Part shown: piece after piece, positions 1 to 11,622 of the stretch
Position numbering within the stretch: position 1 is the stretch's first letter
Layout of the letters: each line of letters begins with the position of its first letter
Assembly: GCA_051294905.1 (NCBI GenBank)
Contig: CM119383.1
Location: 21,142,001 to 21,206,000, forward strand
DNA length: 64,000 nucleotides
Source: Botryllus schlosseri
Taxonomy: Eukaryota
Reading direction: 5' to 3'
Notes under the pieces: model-generated
The model's input: the letters and a program-made list of their open reading frames with translations, nothing else
The model's database searches: none
Told to the model about the DNA's origin: nothing
Program-made: the position numbers and the translations under genes

Positions 1-582
1 CGTTTGGCAGACGTAGGACCCTGGACGCACGGGACCATCGGCGTTGCGGGTGATGACGTGGGCGTTTGCGTGTGGTTTACGCAGATCTCACAGACGGCGA
101 CCGATATTTGACTGTTACGCATACAGTGCATATTAGCGTCGGTCGGAGGTGTGCCTATGGTGCTTACCTGGCGACCCTCTGTAGGGTTTTGCATGACAAC
201 ACGCCGCATTCAAAACAGTATCCTGCTGTCTCGTTCGAGGCCGTTTCCTGTGTCTTCTTTTGACGAGCTTCTCTTTTTCGTCTTCAATGTGAGTCCATGC
301 TTGTTGGTGTTCTGAACCTAATGAACACTTTTGCGGTGTCGTTATCCGGACGAGCCGGCCGTGCGATGACGTTGATTGGCCGAGGCATGGTCACGGATCG
401 ATTCTCGATCGGTTGGTCGCGTTACACTGACGTGTCTGACCTTTGACGTCTGACGTATTACAGTGACGGCTCTCTCGTATCGACTTGTTAGACGTGACAT
501 GTTTCATTCGTTTGAGCTGTCTCGTAGTCAGTGCTGCTGCTGATATTCGTTAGCTACACATTTCGTTGTGCGATCAGATAGA

Positions 583-2076
583 ATGTCTTACAAGGGAGCT
601 TTTAAGAAGACTGGCGAAGGGGTGAACTATCAATGTCAGTTCCCCAAAGACTTCGTGCGTCCGTACGGTGCGGCTACGCATATGGACCTTACCGATAATG
701 AGGCCTGCATATTCAGAATCAAACCGGTTAACTGTGAATGGACCGTGCGTCCGGAGTTCGCGTTGAGCGAGCTTGCTGATACCTTGTTTAAGACGGTCCA
801 GCCATCGGCCGATTTGAAGACGCTCGTCAACCCTCGCCTAAAAGCCCGTTTTAATCGGATCAAGGACGCTCTTTGTGACGCTCTAATGCCGTTCTGGCAT
901 CGTAAAGACAATCCGGCGTTCCAAGCCACCATGACCCGTGAAGAGGTGACGCACGCGATGGAGACCGCCAGAGAATATGTTGTGAAAGATGGCGAGGACG
1001 ATAATGAAAGCGATGCAGCGTTTCTAGAAGAATATACGCAGACCATGCTGGTCGTCGGTGCGGGCCTAACGCAATTGGGTGCTCAGATTCGAGTCATGTC
1101 TGCATGCATGAGCGATTTGCAAGGACTCAATTCAAAAACCGTCTTGAATTCACGCAAAAAGGCTTTCAAAGCGAAACCCACCTTTGCAAATCTGTGCAAC
1201 TCGGTCTACATAGGCAAAAAGAAACGAGGAAAACCTACGAATGAGCAAGTCAACGAGGAGGTCGGTGGGAGGCTGATGCGTTTTGCGGTCGAAGGTGACG
1301 GCGAAGATGGAGAACGTCCGAGAAGAAGACAGCCGGTGCGTTCTCGGCGACGAGATATAAGCGACGGTTCGGACGACGACTCTCAATCGTCCGTGGCGCC
1401 GCGTGAAAACGAGCCGAGGAAGAAAAACTATCGCGGCAAAGCGAATTCCTCGGTCGAATCCGATGAGTCTGCGAAGCCTAAACACAGAACCAAATCGCGC
1501 AAAGCCAGAAGGAAGAACAAAAGGGCGACTCCCTCCGACTATTCCGAAGACGAGGCTCCGGGCCAAAAGAAAGCCAAACATCGTAGTTCCCGTAGGAGAC
1601 AGGAACCGTCTTCGGCCTCCGATTCTCGGGAGTCATCGCCTCCTAAACAGGCGGTAAAACGTACGAACGTATCTTCCGGCGTTCGCAAAGATAATCTCGA
1701 GAAGCGAAGCAAGGCGACGACGCGTTCTAATCGACAAACCCAGGCCGAAGATTGCATGGAGGGAACGTCGACGTCGTTTTCTGCTGAAAAGGGGCCTGCG
1801 GCAATAACCAGCGGCACCGATGCTTCGCCTCCGAAAAAGGCTCAACAACGCGATGAAGTCGTTGACGAAGCGGACGGCGGTAACCAGGCAATATCACTCG
1901 TAAAGGAACGCCCTCGGACTGCTAAAATCGCTCAGACTGCGGAAGCTAAGAAAAAACAAAAAAAGAACAGGAGAAAGAAGAACAAGGCCGCGGCTCGCGC
2001 TGCCAAAGAAACCGAGCGAGTTGAGCGCGCCGATCCGGAAGGCGCGAACGCGTCAACGGTTCCACCAGAAACTTGA
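583..2076 (+). CDS. Orphan family A protein (copy A1): helical N-terminal domain plus long K/R/S/E low-complexity tail
   Basis: Open ORF. The likely start is MSY at 583, directly after a cag acceptor, matching MSY starts at 38723 and 41241. Motif YQCQFPKDFVRPYG...EWTVRPEFALSELADTL is shared with 17451, 38723 and 41241. Confidence 0.7.
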   Translation: MSYKGAFKKTGEGVNYQCQFPKDFVRPYGAATHMDLTDNEACIFRIKPVNCEWTVRPEFALSELADTLFKTVQPSADLKTLVNPRLKARFNRIKDALCDALMPFWHRKDNPAFQATMTREEVTHAMETAREYVVKDGEDDNESDAAFLEEYTQTMLVVGAGLTQLGAQIRVMSACMSDLQGLNSKTVLNSRKKAFKAKPTFANLCNSVYIGKKKRGKPTNEQVNEEVGGRLMRFAVEGDGEDGERPRRRQPVRSRRRDISDGSDDDSQSSVAPRENEPRKKNYRGKANSSVESDESAKPKHRTKSRKARRKNKRATPSDYSEDEAPGQKKAKHRSSRRRQEPSSASDSRESSPPKQAVKRTNVSSGVRKDNLEKRSKATTRSNRQTQAEDCMEGTSTSFSAEKGPAAITSGTDASPPKKAQQRDEVVDEADGGNQAISLVKERPRTAKIAQTAEAKKKQKKNRRKKNKAAARAAKETERVERADPEGANASTVPPET

Positions 2077-2246
2077 CTGATCGATGCTGTGTTTCTTTTC
2101 GTTTTTCGCGTTCATGTTTACTGTAACGTTTTGTGTCCGCTGTTTTCGTTTACTTAGTTCTGTCGTTTGAAGTATGCTTATTCCGTGACGTTTCCGTTTT
2201 CCGCAGACTGCGTTACGTCTATTGTTATAAAGTCTGACATTTTTAC

Positions 2247-5200
2247 ATGATGGCTGATGGACAAGTGCCGAACGTATCTGTTGTGGGAACTGTCTTGGAG
2301 TATGAGCAGGTATGTGTTCGGTATTGACTTGTACGTCGTGGTTCTAACCTGTTGCGTATGTAGCGTGACGAGCGTCTCGCGATGTCGCAGGAGCGGACGG
2401 CGCAGAGGTTGGCGAGGAGAACGGAACAAGCGGCGGTCTTTTTCGGCGACGAGGTGTTTGACGAACGGGCTGCTGACGACTTGAACGTCGTTGACGGTGG
2501 GCGACTTGCTACGTGGGTGGGAACAAAAGCCTTTAACAGATGCGGTTCGTGCGGGTCGCTCAACAGGCACGTGCTCACGGAGAGCGCTTTTCGGGGAGGT
2601 CGTTCGACTGCCCCGCGCTGCCGTTGTGCGTCGCCAGTCTACCGCATACCTCGCTTGACCGACTGGCCTCACGAGCTAAGACGATTGTCGCCTGACGATC
2701 AGGAAGTTCTGTCCCTGTACAGGTTAGGGTATGGCGTCGTTACGGTCCGACAACATGGATACAGGGTGAAAGACGGGCCTGTCTATGCTGTTAGACGCTC
2801 CGATTCACCGTGGTCTCGCATCGAGAGCATTGACGATGACGAACGCAAGGCCGCTCTCAAAGTGGCGTACGCGTATCTTCGATCGTGCGACAACAGCTAT
2901 TACGGCGCGCTGTGCGACAGATTCGATGGGGGTCACCTACCGGAACGTCTCAATTTTTTGCAGTTGTTCAATTTCCTGCACGTTGAAACTGCGATCTGGC
3001 CGCTCTTGTATCCGTTCAGAGATCTTTGTGAAACCGCTATCAGAGACACGGGTCATCGCCAGAGCGCGAAGGTCTCGTTCACCTTAAAACTCCTGAGCGG
3101 TGTGGCCGATTACCCTGGCACGTATCCTCTGCTGCGTTTTCAATACGATCGGTGAGTCGTTTGCGTGTTGCTCCGATAACCTTGGCGACGTATTCTTTAT
3201 CGCTTGCAGTGGGATGTACAAGACCGTTACCGACGCCGTAACGGTTGCTGGGGCGTTGAGCTGTTCGCCCGCGCACGCCCTTGATGCGAAACAGTTCACG
3301 CCGACGTTTTGGGAGTGGCAGCTGGCGTATGTATTGGACGCTGTGCGTCAGTTGGGATTTCCTCACGTCTTTTTGACTGTTAGTCCGTACGAGTGGACAT
3401 TTCCTTATGCCGGTGACGTCGAGGAACGTATGTCCGCCTTAGGGTGTGGACCGACGCAGTGCGCCGCGTTGGAAACTATAAACGTGGCCCATGTTTTGGA
3501 ACAGGTGCTGAGGGGTTACGTGTCGGGGATAGGCGGTCGTGCACGTTGGAGGACCAACCTGTTCGGAAACGTTCCTTCCGGCGAGTCGAACGTGGTGACC
3601 TTCTTCTATAGGTCCGGAGCACGTTGCGTTTAACATGTATCTATACAGGTTCGAGTTTCAGCGTCGCGGCACCGTGCACGTGCACTATATCGCTTGGCAC
3701 CGTGACATCGAATTGTTCGACATGACGCGCATATCGGCGGATTTCCCTCAAGGCGATCGTGAGTTTGCGTCGTTGGTCTATAGCACACAGAAAAGCCGTT
3801 CGGAGGTTCCTGGCGTCGAGATTCGGTTCGAGCCCAATTCTGTAGAGGTCGTTGGCGATCGTCCGTGCATCCAGCTGCAGCGGTCGGCTCTCGCTCACTC
3901 TGCTAACTTGCGTATATACTCTCCTGCAAACGTGGAATGTTTGCGATGCTCCATGGATATACAGTTCAGCGACGGTAGGGGACTGCTCCTTAAGTACATT
4001 GCTGGCTATGTCGCAAAGTTTTCCGACCACTCGGTTCCTAGAGACATACTATTCAGTTCGGTGGCGGCCCACGCTTTAGCTTCGAGATATATTTCGTGCT
4101 TGTCGCCTGCGGAACCAGAAATGGTGATGGCTCTTGCGGATATCAAAATGGCGTACACCCCCACCGACACCAAAAGATTCCTTGTGCCGAAGCTAGACCG
4201 GTGTGCTGATGACAACGTTGTCAAGGCGTACATGTCTCGTTTTTTGTCGGACGAAGGCATGACGATTGCCGACTATCTGCGTAATTACACCGTCACCCGC
4301 GGGTCCAGCGCCCATAAACGCCGTGCGACCAGACCTGTACTAGTGGGCCTGAAATTCGTGTCCGTTCTGAACGACGCGTATTTCTTTCAAGATGCCCTTA
4401 TGTATACCCCGTTCCGCAGCCTGGAAGACTTGTTCCACGACGCGTACGCCACCTTGCCGTCCGAACTCCGTATGTTTTCCTTTGCTACATGCAACAGGTC
4501 AGAGTTCTGGTCTGACAGGTCTAACATTCTCGAAGTGTGCAGCGTTCGCGGAGATAGGGCCGACTTTGCGGAGACTTTTGTTTCTTGCGTTGCGAGTTAT
4601 TTTCAGGTTTGGAACGGCTACGTCAATGGAATTTTCACGATCGCTGAACTCGGGAATCCGCCGGAGGACGCGTCGGGCCGTATTCCATTGTCGCCGATGC
4701 AATCGGTGTTCGTTGACCAGGTTGTGGCAGCCGTGCGCCGTAGGACGTCTGACGACGTTGAGACCGTGCCCCCTGCAAACGCGGAAAGGAGACCGTACCA
4801 CTTGTTGTGCGGCCCGCACGGTACGGGAAAGTCGTTGTGCCTTAGCCGCGTTGTGGTCCTTTCGCAGGAGGAAGGTGCGCGTGTGCTAGTCGTTGCGCCG
4901 ACCGGACTACTCGTCTCTATCTACAAGGCAAAACTGGGACGCGACGTCACGTGCGAGACCGTACACGCCGCGTTTCTCATAAACGTCGGAGAAGAGGGTT
5001 CGCGTGTCACAAAGGTCAACTGGAGGTTACGTGAGTACGATCTGATCGTCATCGATGAAATCTCTATGATTTCCGTGCGTAACTCCGATCACGTTTACCT
5101 GTGTCTGCGCAACGCTGCTCCCGAAGCCGTTGTCGCTTTCTTTGGGAACCAGCGCCAGCTTCAGCCTGTCGAAGACGATGGCGCTACGGGCAGCATGTTC

Positions 5201-5917
5201 AGCAACAGGTCCCTGATGTCACAGTGTGAGCGAATAACTCTGTTGCATCAGTACAGGACGTCAGACGCGGCCTTGCAACGGTTTCTCGGTCTGTGCCGTC
5301 ACGGTCGACCGTCCGAGATGCAGCTCGCGGGCTTTGCTGAAGGTAAGGTACTCCTCGATACCGATTACGCGACCGACGAGGACCTTTCGTCGGTTCGCAC
5401 GTCTCGCCCGGACCATCTCGTGATCGCGTTCACCAACGCTTCTGTGCGCAGGTATAACGTCCTGGCCAGGGATGAAATGTTTGCAGACGAGTTGCCCGAG
5501 CTAAATGGACGTTATCCGACGTGCGACGGTGTGCCTGAGCCGATTTACGTGGGTATGCAGGTTGTCCTGACGGAAAACAGGCATAAGGCACGGTCGTACG
5601 TTAACGGTCAACGCGGTGTCGTCAAGGCTAACGTCGGCAAGACCGTTATTGTTCAAATCCCTTCTGGAACGCTGATTCGAGTATACCCCGTGCGCTCCCC
5701 CAAGGGTGTGTACTATCCGTTTGCTTTAGCGTACGCCTCTACTATTCACAAGGTTCAAGGACAGACTCTGGACAAAGTCGTGGTGTGGTTCGATCGGGTA
5801 CGTGTTCCGCCGGGCTGCGCGTACGTGGCTCTGTCTCGGGTGAGGCGTTCCGAAGACATCCTTTTTATGGTCCCTCCGCTCACCTGCCATTTCGACAACG
5901 TCCGTTTCGAGAACTAA
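2247..5917 (+). CDS. Helitron/Helentron-type Rep-helicase (HUH endonuclease + PIF1-like SF1B helicase); spliced model 2247-2309, 2364-3151, 3210-3611, 3649-5917, 1173 aa
   Basis: Rep motifs DAVRQLGFPHVFLTVS, EFQRRGTVHVHY (HUH) and YIAGYVAK (Y2). Helicase motifs GPHGTGKS, IVIDEISM, GNQRQLQPV, TIHKVQGQTL and YVALSRVR. Removing GT-AG introns 2310-2363, 3152-3209 and 3612-3648 gives one frame; the last two junctions are colinear with the second copy. Confidence 0.9.
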
Positions 5918-6100
5918 TTCGCGTCGCCTTTCCGTGCTCATTCCATGTTTATGTTCTCTTTCCTTAGTTAGGTGATTCTCAATGCGTTTATGGTACGTGC
6001 ACGAGCCTCCCCGTGGCAGAATCGGTAACGCGTACTTGCGGCTGATACGTGCTGAAACCTATTCCGTTTTTGCTCTGTCGCTTACTCGAACCTTTCCTTT

Positions 6101-6830
6101 TCAGACGGAGATGGATTCGCGACGGTGCGTCGATCGTTCGTTACTTACTGTCATATCTGTCTCGCGTTTCCCGTTCGGTTTCATTAATTCAAATATAAGC
6201 TCGTAATGCCGTTTCGTACGTTTGTCTTTTACTTCGTTGTCGACAGACTTGTCATGAAAGGTAGTCAGGGCCTTCCGGGTCTCGGGTGCAATCGTCATCG
6301 TTTAGTACATGTCAAAGTTTCCAACATAACTTGGTAAAAAAAATGTCCCGGCGACTTGCCGAAGTTACCCCCGACACCTCAAACGAACCTGCACCTGCTC
6401 AACCGTCACGGTCTTCTTGCCGTTCGTTCGATAACCCGTGTTTGCGTCACACTGTCAGTCTCATTCATTTATCGGTTGACCCGTCGGACTTGTCGGCCTC
6501 CGACTTTCCGCTCGTGGAACCGGTTTCGCTGCCGGAGCTTTCCGTTGATTCCGTGTCGCTCGTGCTGACTATGAGCATCTTTTTCGGTTTGTTATTCCCA
6601 GGCTTTACCGACACGATTGCGACATCGCTGTCGCTACTCATGTTGTAGCCCGTTTCATCGGCGTCGAGCAACATGATCAATCTTTCTCGTTTCGCTTTTT
6701 CCTGCAGTTTCATTCGTCCCATTTTTTTCGCCACTTGGCGATCTCGCCGTTCCGCGGACTCTTTGTCAAAGCCGCACATGGTGCAAAACCATTTATGATC
6801 ACAATTATCCATTATATCTGCGACAAACAA
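6101..6830 (-). CDS. Hypothetical protein, possibly multi-exon (6465-6830 and 6101-6298), with Cys/His cluster CDHKWFCTMC and Ser/acidic tract
   Basis: Two same-strand ORFs of protein-like composition, convergent on the Rep-helicase. No recognised homology. Confidence 0.3.
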
Positions 6831-6904
6831 GATATGTTATTCGTCAGGTTTTTGCTCGCCTTTTAGACAGGGGCCGGGTCAACGCCCGTTCATGCGATCC
6901 CCTG

Positions 6905-8000
6905 GCATATTAGTCATTTTTCAGAAACCCTGGTGACTTTTTTCGGCTCAGCCGACTTCGAAAAAAACGACGGCGCACCGCCTCGAGCGAATTAGAGGCC
7001 CGGATGCGACATATCGTGCTTTGACCGTCGCTCGGCCTGGCCGTGAGGCCGACACGTCCGAGTCAGTTTTTCGGACACTGATCGATTTCGAGAAAACAAT
7101 TTGCGAAAAAAAAATGGACCCGACGAGCCGTCGAAGCGACCCGTCGAGACCCCAACTGAAACCGTCACCTTCACCTTCACCGTCACCGATATCTCAAATC
7201 CGAACTATTGCGATAACGCAAAGTCGATATCCGTAATGTGCTCTCCCCCACTACTGTCCTGGCAAAATCTCGAATTCTCGCGAGGAGTTCTCGCAAGCGG
7301 TTCCTGCAAGGCAAACGCAAGTCGTTTACGCATTTCGGAGTTATCCCTTCGCACTCACAGCTCGTCGATGTGGAGCTGACTTCTCGCGTAATCACGATCG
7401 GACGCCTCTTCCTCGGCCGGATCACTTCCGCTCGCACGCGGCATCCCACACTGGGAGCATACCCATTCGTGTTTGCATTTAGGATTAGCGCTCATTTTAG
7501 ACGCAAAGTCATAGCGTCATGCGAGGCTGAACGATATCATCGAGTCGAGGTGGAGGCCGGGTAATCAACCCGCTCATGCAGCCCCCACCACTTTAGTCCT
7601 TTTTCAGAAACCCTGCTGACTTTTTGCGGCTCGAACAAGTTCGAAAAAAGCGACGACACGCCGCCTCGAAGGGCTCAGACGCCCGACTCCAACATATCGG
7701 GCTTGGGACTCGCTCGGTCTGTCCTTCAGGCCGAGGCGCCCGGGCGACTTGTCGAATGGTCCGACCTCGAAAAAAAACTTGGCGTAAAAAAGGACCCGAT
7801 CGGCCGCCGAAGCCCGAGTTCGGCCTCGAAGTCCGACTTTTCGGACTTGGTCCTATTTCGAAAAAAACTTGGCGAAAAAAAAGAGGCTCGACAGGTCGCC
7901 GAAGCGACCAGCCGAGGCTCGATCAACATTTTTCGGTCAAAGTTCACTGACCAACTGCTCCCCGCAAATAGCCGTTCCGTGCCAAGAGAAGTCGGTCATC
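6905..8000. repeat. Structured non-coding block with diverged direct repeat (tagtc-ttttcagaaaccctg-tgactttt at ~6911 and ~7594) and A/T tracts
   Basis: Direct sequence comparison within the window. Confidence 0.55.
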
Positions 8001-8924
8001 CCACTGCTAGGGGTGCGGTGGGTGTGGTTTAACGGAAACGGCGGGAACAATCGCCACAGTCACAGTTGATTTATACATATGGCTCTTTTGGAATTGCAAT
8101 GGCAAATATCGGGCAAATATGGCTCTTCAGACGAAAAACGTTCCCGACCACTGATATACAGGCAGACATTCATTTTTAATGCATTGTTCCATAGTAGTTC
8201 ATCAAATTAACCCTGCATTACGTTAGAAGTGTCACAGAAGTGCTTATCGTTTGCGAAAACGGGCTTTTACGTCGCAGACAGCCGATTGAAAACTAAAGCA
8301 CCACCAAATTTACGTATTTCTGCTGAGTTGAATCAGACGCCAACAGCCTACGCAGTACGCACAGCGGAAAATATAACCATATCGTTTCCATCACAGAATA
8401 AATGATATCCCAAATTGATGGCCATGCATCGATGAGTCGCTCTTGATTGAATCAAATACGTTAATGCATTTGCTGTAGTGAATACCGGTAAGCTTTGCTG
8501 GTGCATTGTAAGTGAACTGGTGTATCCTTGACCTCAGATCTCTCACCGGATCAATGATATGCGTTTATAATGCTGAATCACGTGGACCATATTTGGGACT
8601 TGTGATCAGTAATTCCTTGCAACTTGCGATGACCAGTGTGGAACTTGCGATGACCAGTGAACTACCTAGGCTTGTATGGCGGATTGGTGTACCGCACATA
8701 CCCTCTCGACGTCGGATGAGCAATTACCAATTATTGCTGATCATTGTGCGCGACAGTGTCTGGATTCCGACAATTTAAAGAAGACCTTCCGTGCTTACGA
8801 GCTTCCTTCACAGCCTGACGTGATTAGAGCTAACGTGATGTCTACAAGAAGTCGTCGACGAGCCATGCGAGGTGAACGAGATGAGCTTGCTGCCTAGCCT
8901 TTCCACGCCCATCTGCGGGGAGCT

Positions 8925-9467
8925 ATGCCTGTGGTGCAATTTTGGTCGCATGCACCGCAGTCCTGGTTTTTGTCTGCAGAAGCTGGATTCCAGTCTTATG
9001 GCGTCGACGATGATGTTGCTCGGTACAACTACGTTTTGCGCTGTCTTGATGGAAACCAACTTGAATCTATCCGAATGGGGCTTCCTGGCATCGAGGACCC
9101 CGATTGCTTTGAAATTTTACGTCAAATCCTGCTAGATGAACATAGTGTCCCGCTACGAAATCGTGTTCAACAGCTATATAGTGGACGCTGCCGTGGTTTG
9201 AAATCGTCAGAGATACTCAAGAAGCTGAGCAGTACCACGGGAATGTCCGATGGAGGGCCTGGTGTCGATTGCTACCTCCGGGAAGCCTTCCTGCACCACT
9301 TGCCTGATTCCTTGGCCAATATTTCATCGTCACACGTGACCGATACCGCAGATGAATTGGCAGTACGAGGTGACAATATCTACGCCCGTGGGTCTTATCA
9401 TAGTAATCACCAAGCTCCCGGTAACAGCGACTTGTATCAGATGCGTAGAGAAGTATCAGATGCGTAG
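8925..9467 (+). mobile_element. Ty3/Gypsy-type gag remnant
   Basis: PQSWFLSAEAGFQSYGVDDDVARYNYVLRCL...LRQILL...RVQQL...KSSEILKKL resembles the P-LWF-x-EAQF gag N-terminal pattern. No pol was seen. Confidence 0.6.
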
Positions 9468-10219
9468 AGAAATTTCAAGCCTTACCCTTGAAGTTAGACA
9501 GCTTCGACCGCCTATACGGAATTCATTTCTGCCGACCTCTGCCGCTGGTGCGACGACTCGTCACTACCATCGATTTGAAGGCGTGCATACTGACTCTGAA
9601 ATCCCGTTTCTCGTAATGACTGGCGTACCGACGGCCCTCCGCGAAGCCGGGAATGCAGTCTCTGGTATTATCACGAAGACGAACGGTTTGGTGATCGTGC
9701 ACGGAATTGTCGCCCTGGTTGTGTACACTACGAATCTGCTCGTTCTTTTTCAGACAGAGGTACGGCGTAGGATTTCGTCCACGTCGTACAGATCCATTGG
9801 TTGTTTCGCACAACTCTCATGATGTCTCTCTATTACATGTATTGCATGTGACGCACCTTGGAATGATCTGAAATTCCTTCATGACATGAAAAACTTTTCA
9901 TTATGCGATCTCACTGTTGCTGATGTGGCATACAAGAAATTGCGAAAACATTATTATATTCTTTATTCACAGTAAAACTGGTAAATACACACATAATCCG
10001 GGGAGCAACCTGCCCCAAAGGAAAATGGCGAGATTGGAGTAAATTTTTAAAATTTCAGTAATACATTCAAATTGATGTTCCTATGCAATACATGGAGAAG
10101 TCAGATTACAGAATTGCAGCAGATGAAGAATTGGCAAGGGTTACAGAGCAGAGGTAGAGATGATTGAAGATGAACAATCGAAATTACAGAAATTATGCGG
10201 TTTATTCACAAGTGTAATT

Positions 10220-10530
10220 TTATTCCAGTGGTGCATTCAAGGCCTTCCGAAGAATGTGCATAGTGCCCAATAATGTGATCTTTTGGATCATGTCGAATCG
10301 AACGTTACCCGGAATTTGTTGGATATGTCTCATGAGTTTTTTGCTCACGACCCCTGTAGCGCCAATGACTATCGGTACAATGTTTATTTTGCATCGCCAC
10401 ATTTTCTCACATTCCATTTTGAGTTCTGCGTATTTGGAGTGTTTTTCTGATTCTTTTTGCAGTCGGTTGTTATCAGCTGGGACAGCCAGTTCAATGAATA
10501 AGCATAATTATTATCACAAACATGAGTGGT
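10220..10530 (-). mobile_element. 3' fragment of an RLE-type (R4/Dong-like) non-LTR retrotransposon
   Basis: Minus-strand translation IELAVPADNNRLQKESEKHSKYAEL...MWRCKINIVPIVIGATG...ITLLGTMHILRKAL, a typical restriction-like endonuclease C-terminus. Confidence 0.75.
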
Positions 10531-10614
10531 GAGTTACGCCATTTATGGCCTTGTGCACCACGGTCGCACCACGGTCGTCACCACGGTCGCCAGGAAGTTC
10601 AAATCAAGTAGTAA

Positions 10615-11622
10615 CTAATTGAACTTATTACAACTGATCACGAACTCAGCGACGGTGGTGGACAATTGCGATGACGAGAGTAGGCTGCGTATGGTGAACG
10701 GTACATGTAACTGATTGCAATAGGTCATTAAAAATGACAGATGAAAGTCGTATTTAATGCACGATATCAAAAAGTGTTCGACTGTTTCGATGACATCGCA
10801 TTCTTCGCACATCGGAGAGTCCGAGCAACCGATTCTGAATAAATGGGATGCTACTCCACAGTGTCCTGACCGTAGTCGAAATATCAGGCGTTCGATATGG
10901 CGACTGCCGTTTTTATCGGGTCCTGTGGTGAGTGTGCTGTGGAATTGCTTGTAGTGGGATCCCCGTTCATCGGCAGAGTATTCGCATTGACAGATCTCCT
11001 GGGTAACTCTCTTCATCGCGGCTTTGGCGTCTGGCACGGTGATGATTGGAGTTAGGCTCGATTGATCTTGCGTTGACGAGCCTACTCGGGCTAATTCCTC
11101 TGCTTTTTCGTTACCTGAAATTCCTGCGTGTCCTGGAACCCAAGAAAATTCAACAGCGATACCGGTATCATGTATATGTTTAAATATTTCCAATATGGAT
11201 ACAATCACGTTATTTGATGGTCGGTTCAGAGGTCTAGAAACCGTCGTTAATGCGGATAGGCAATCTGAGAAGATGACGTAAGTGTGGTTTCGCGTGCCGT
11301 GGTCGAGTATCCAAAATATTGCACACTGAATCGCCTTCAATTCCATTGTAAAGGCTGATGATATCGGTGAGCAGGTACGAGAGATTGCGATATCATGTAC
11401 CGGAATATATACCCCGTAACCAGCGCCATTGGAATTTTTGGAGCCGTCTGTGTAGATTGCCACACTGCCCCCATATCGTTCAAACATGAAATCTAGGCAT
11501 ATGGATTCGATGTTTTCCAGTATTTCGCATTTCGAAGTGTATTTAAGTAGATCCAGGTCTGCGACGGGGATCGGTATTGTCCATGGTGGTGTGGTTAACC
11601 ACTGTTGTGTCTCGACAGTCAC
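10615..11622 (-). mobile_element. 3' part of an RNase H-bearing LINE (I-group like)
   Basis: IYTDGS, ELKAI, IFSDCLSAL and WVPGHAGISGNEKA RNase H motifs, followed by RLRSGH and CEEC...ETVEHFLISC zinc knuckle. Confidence 0.85.

Larger units (their letters stand above)
583..6830. mobile_element. Helitron-like element core (family A gene + Rep-helicase + convergent small ORFs); termini not identified
   Basis: Rep-helicase hallmarks with flanking orphan genes. No convincing 5'-TC or 3'-hairpin-CTRR end was found. Confidence 0.55.

Noticed and set aside
636-1848. Antisense and alternative-frame ORFs over the long genes
   Set aside because: They are shadows of GC-rich coding or low-complexity regions and have no independent motifs.
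8100-8155. hAT element ending in gttcccgaccactg
   Set aside because: Only one TIR-like end was found, with no partner or TSD.
10032-10042. Additional SL-like hits (gattggagta at 10032, gattggagt at ~11045, ccaaacaccaat at ~17414)
   Set aside because: Matches are only 9-10 nt or gapped, lack the TTGGTTG core and the donor, and are expected by chance.
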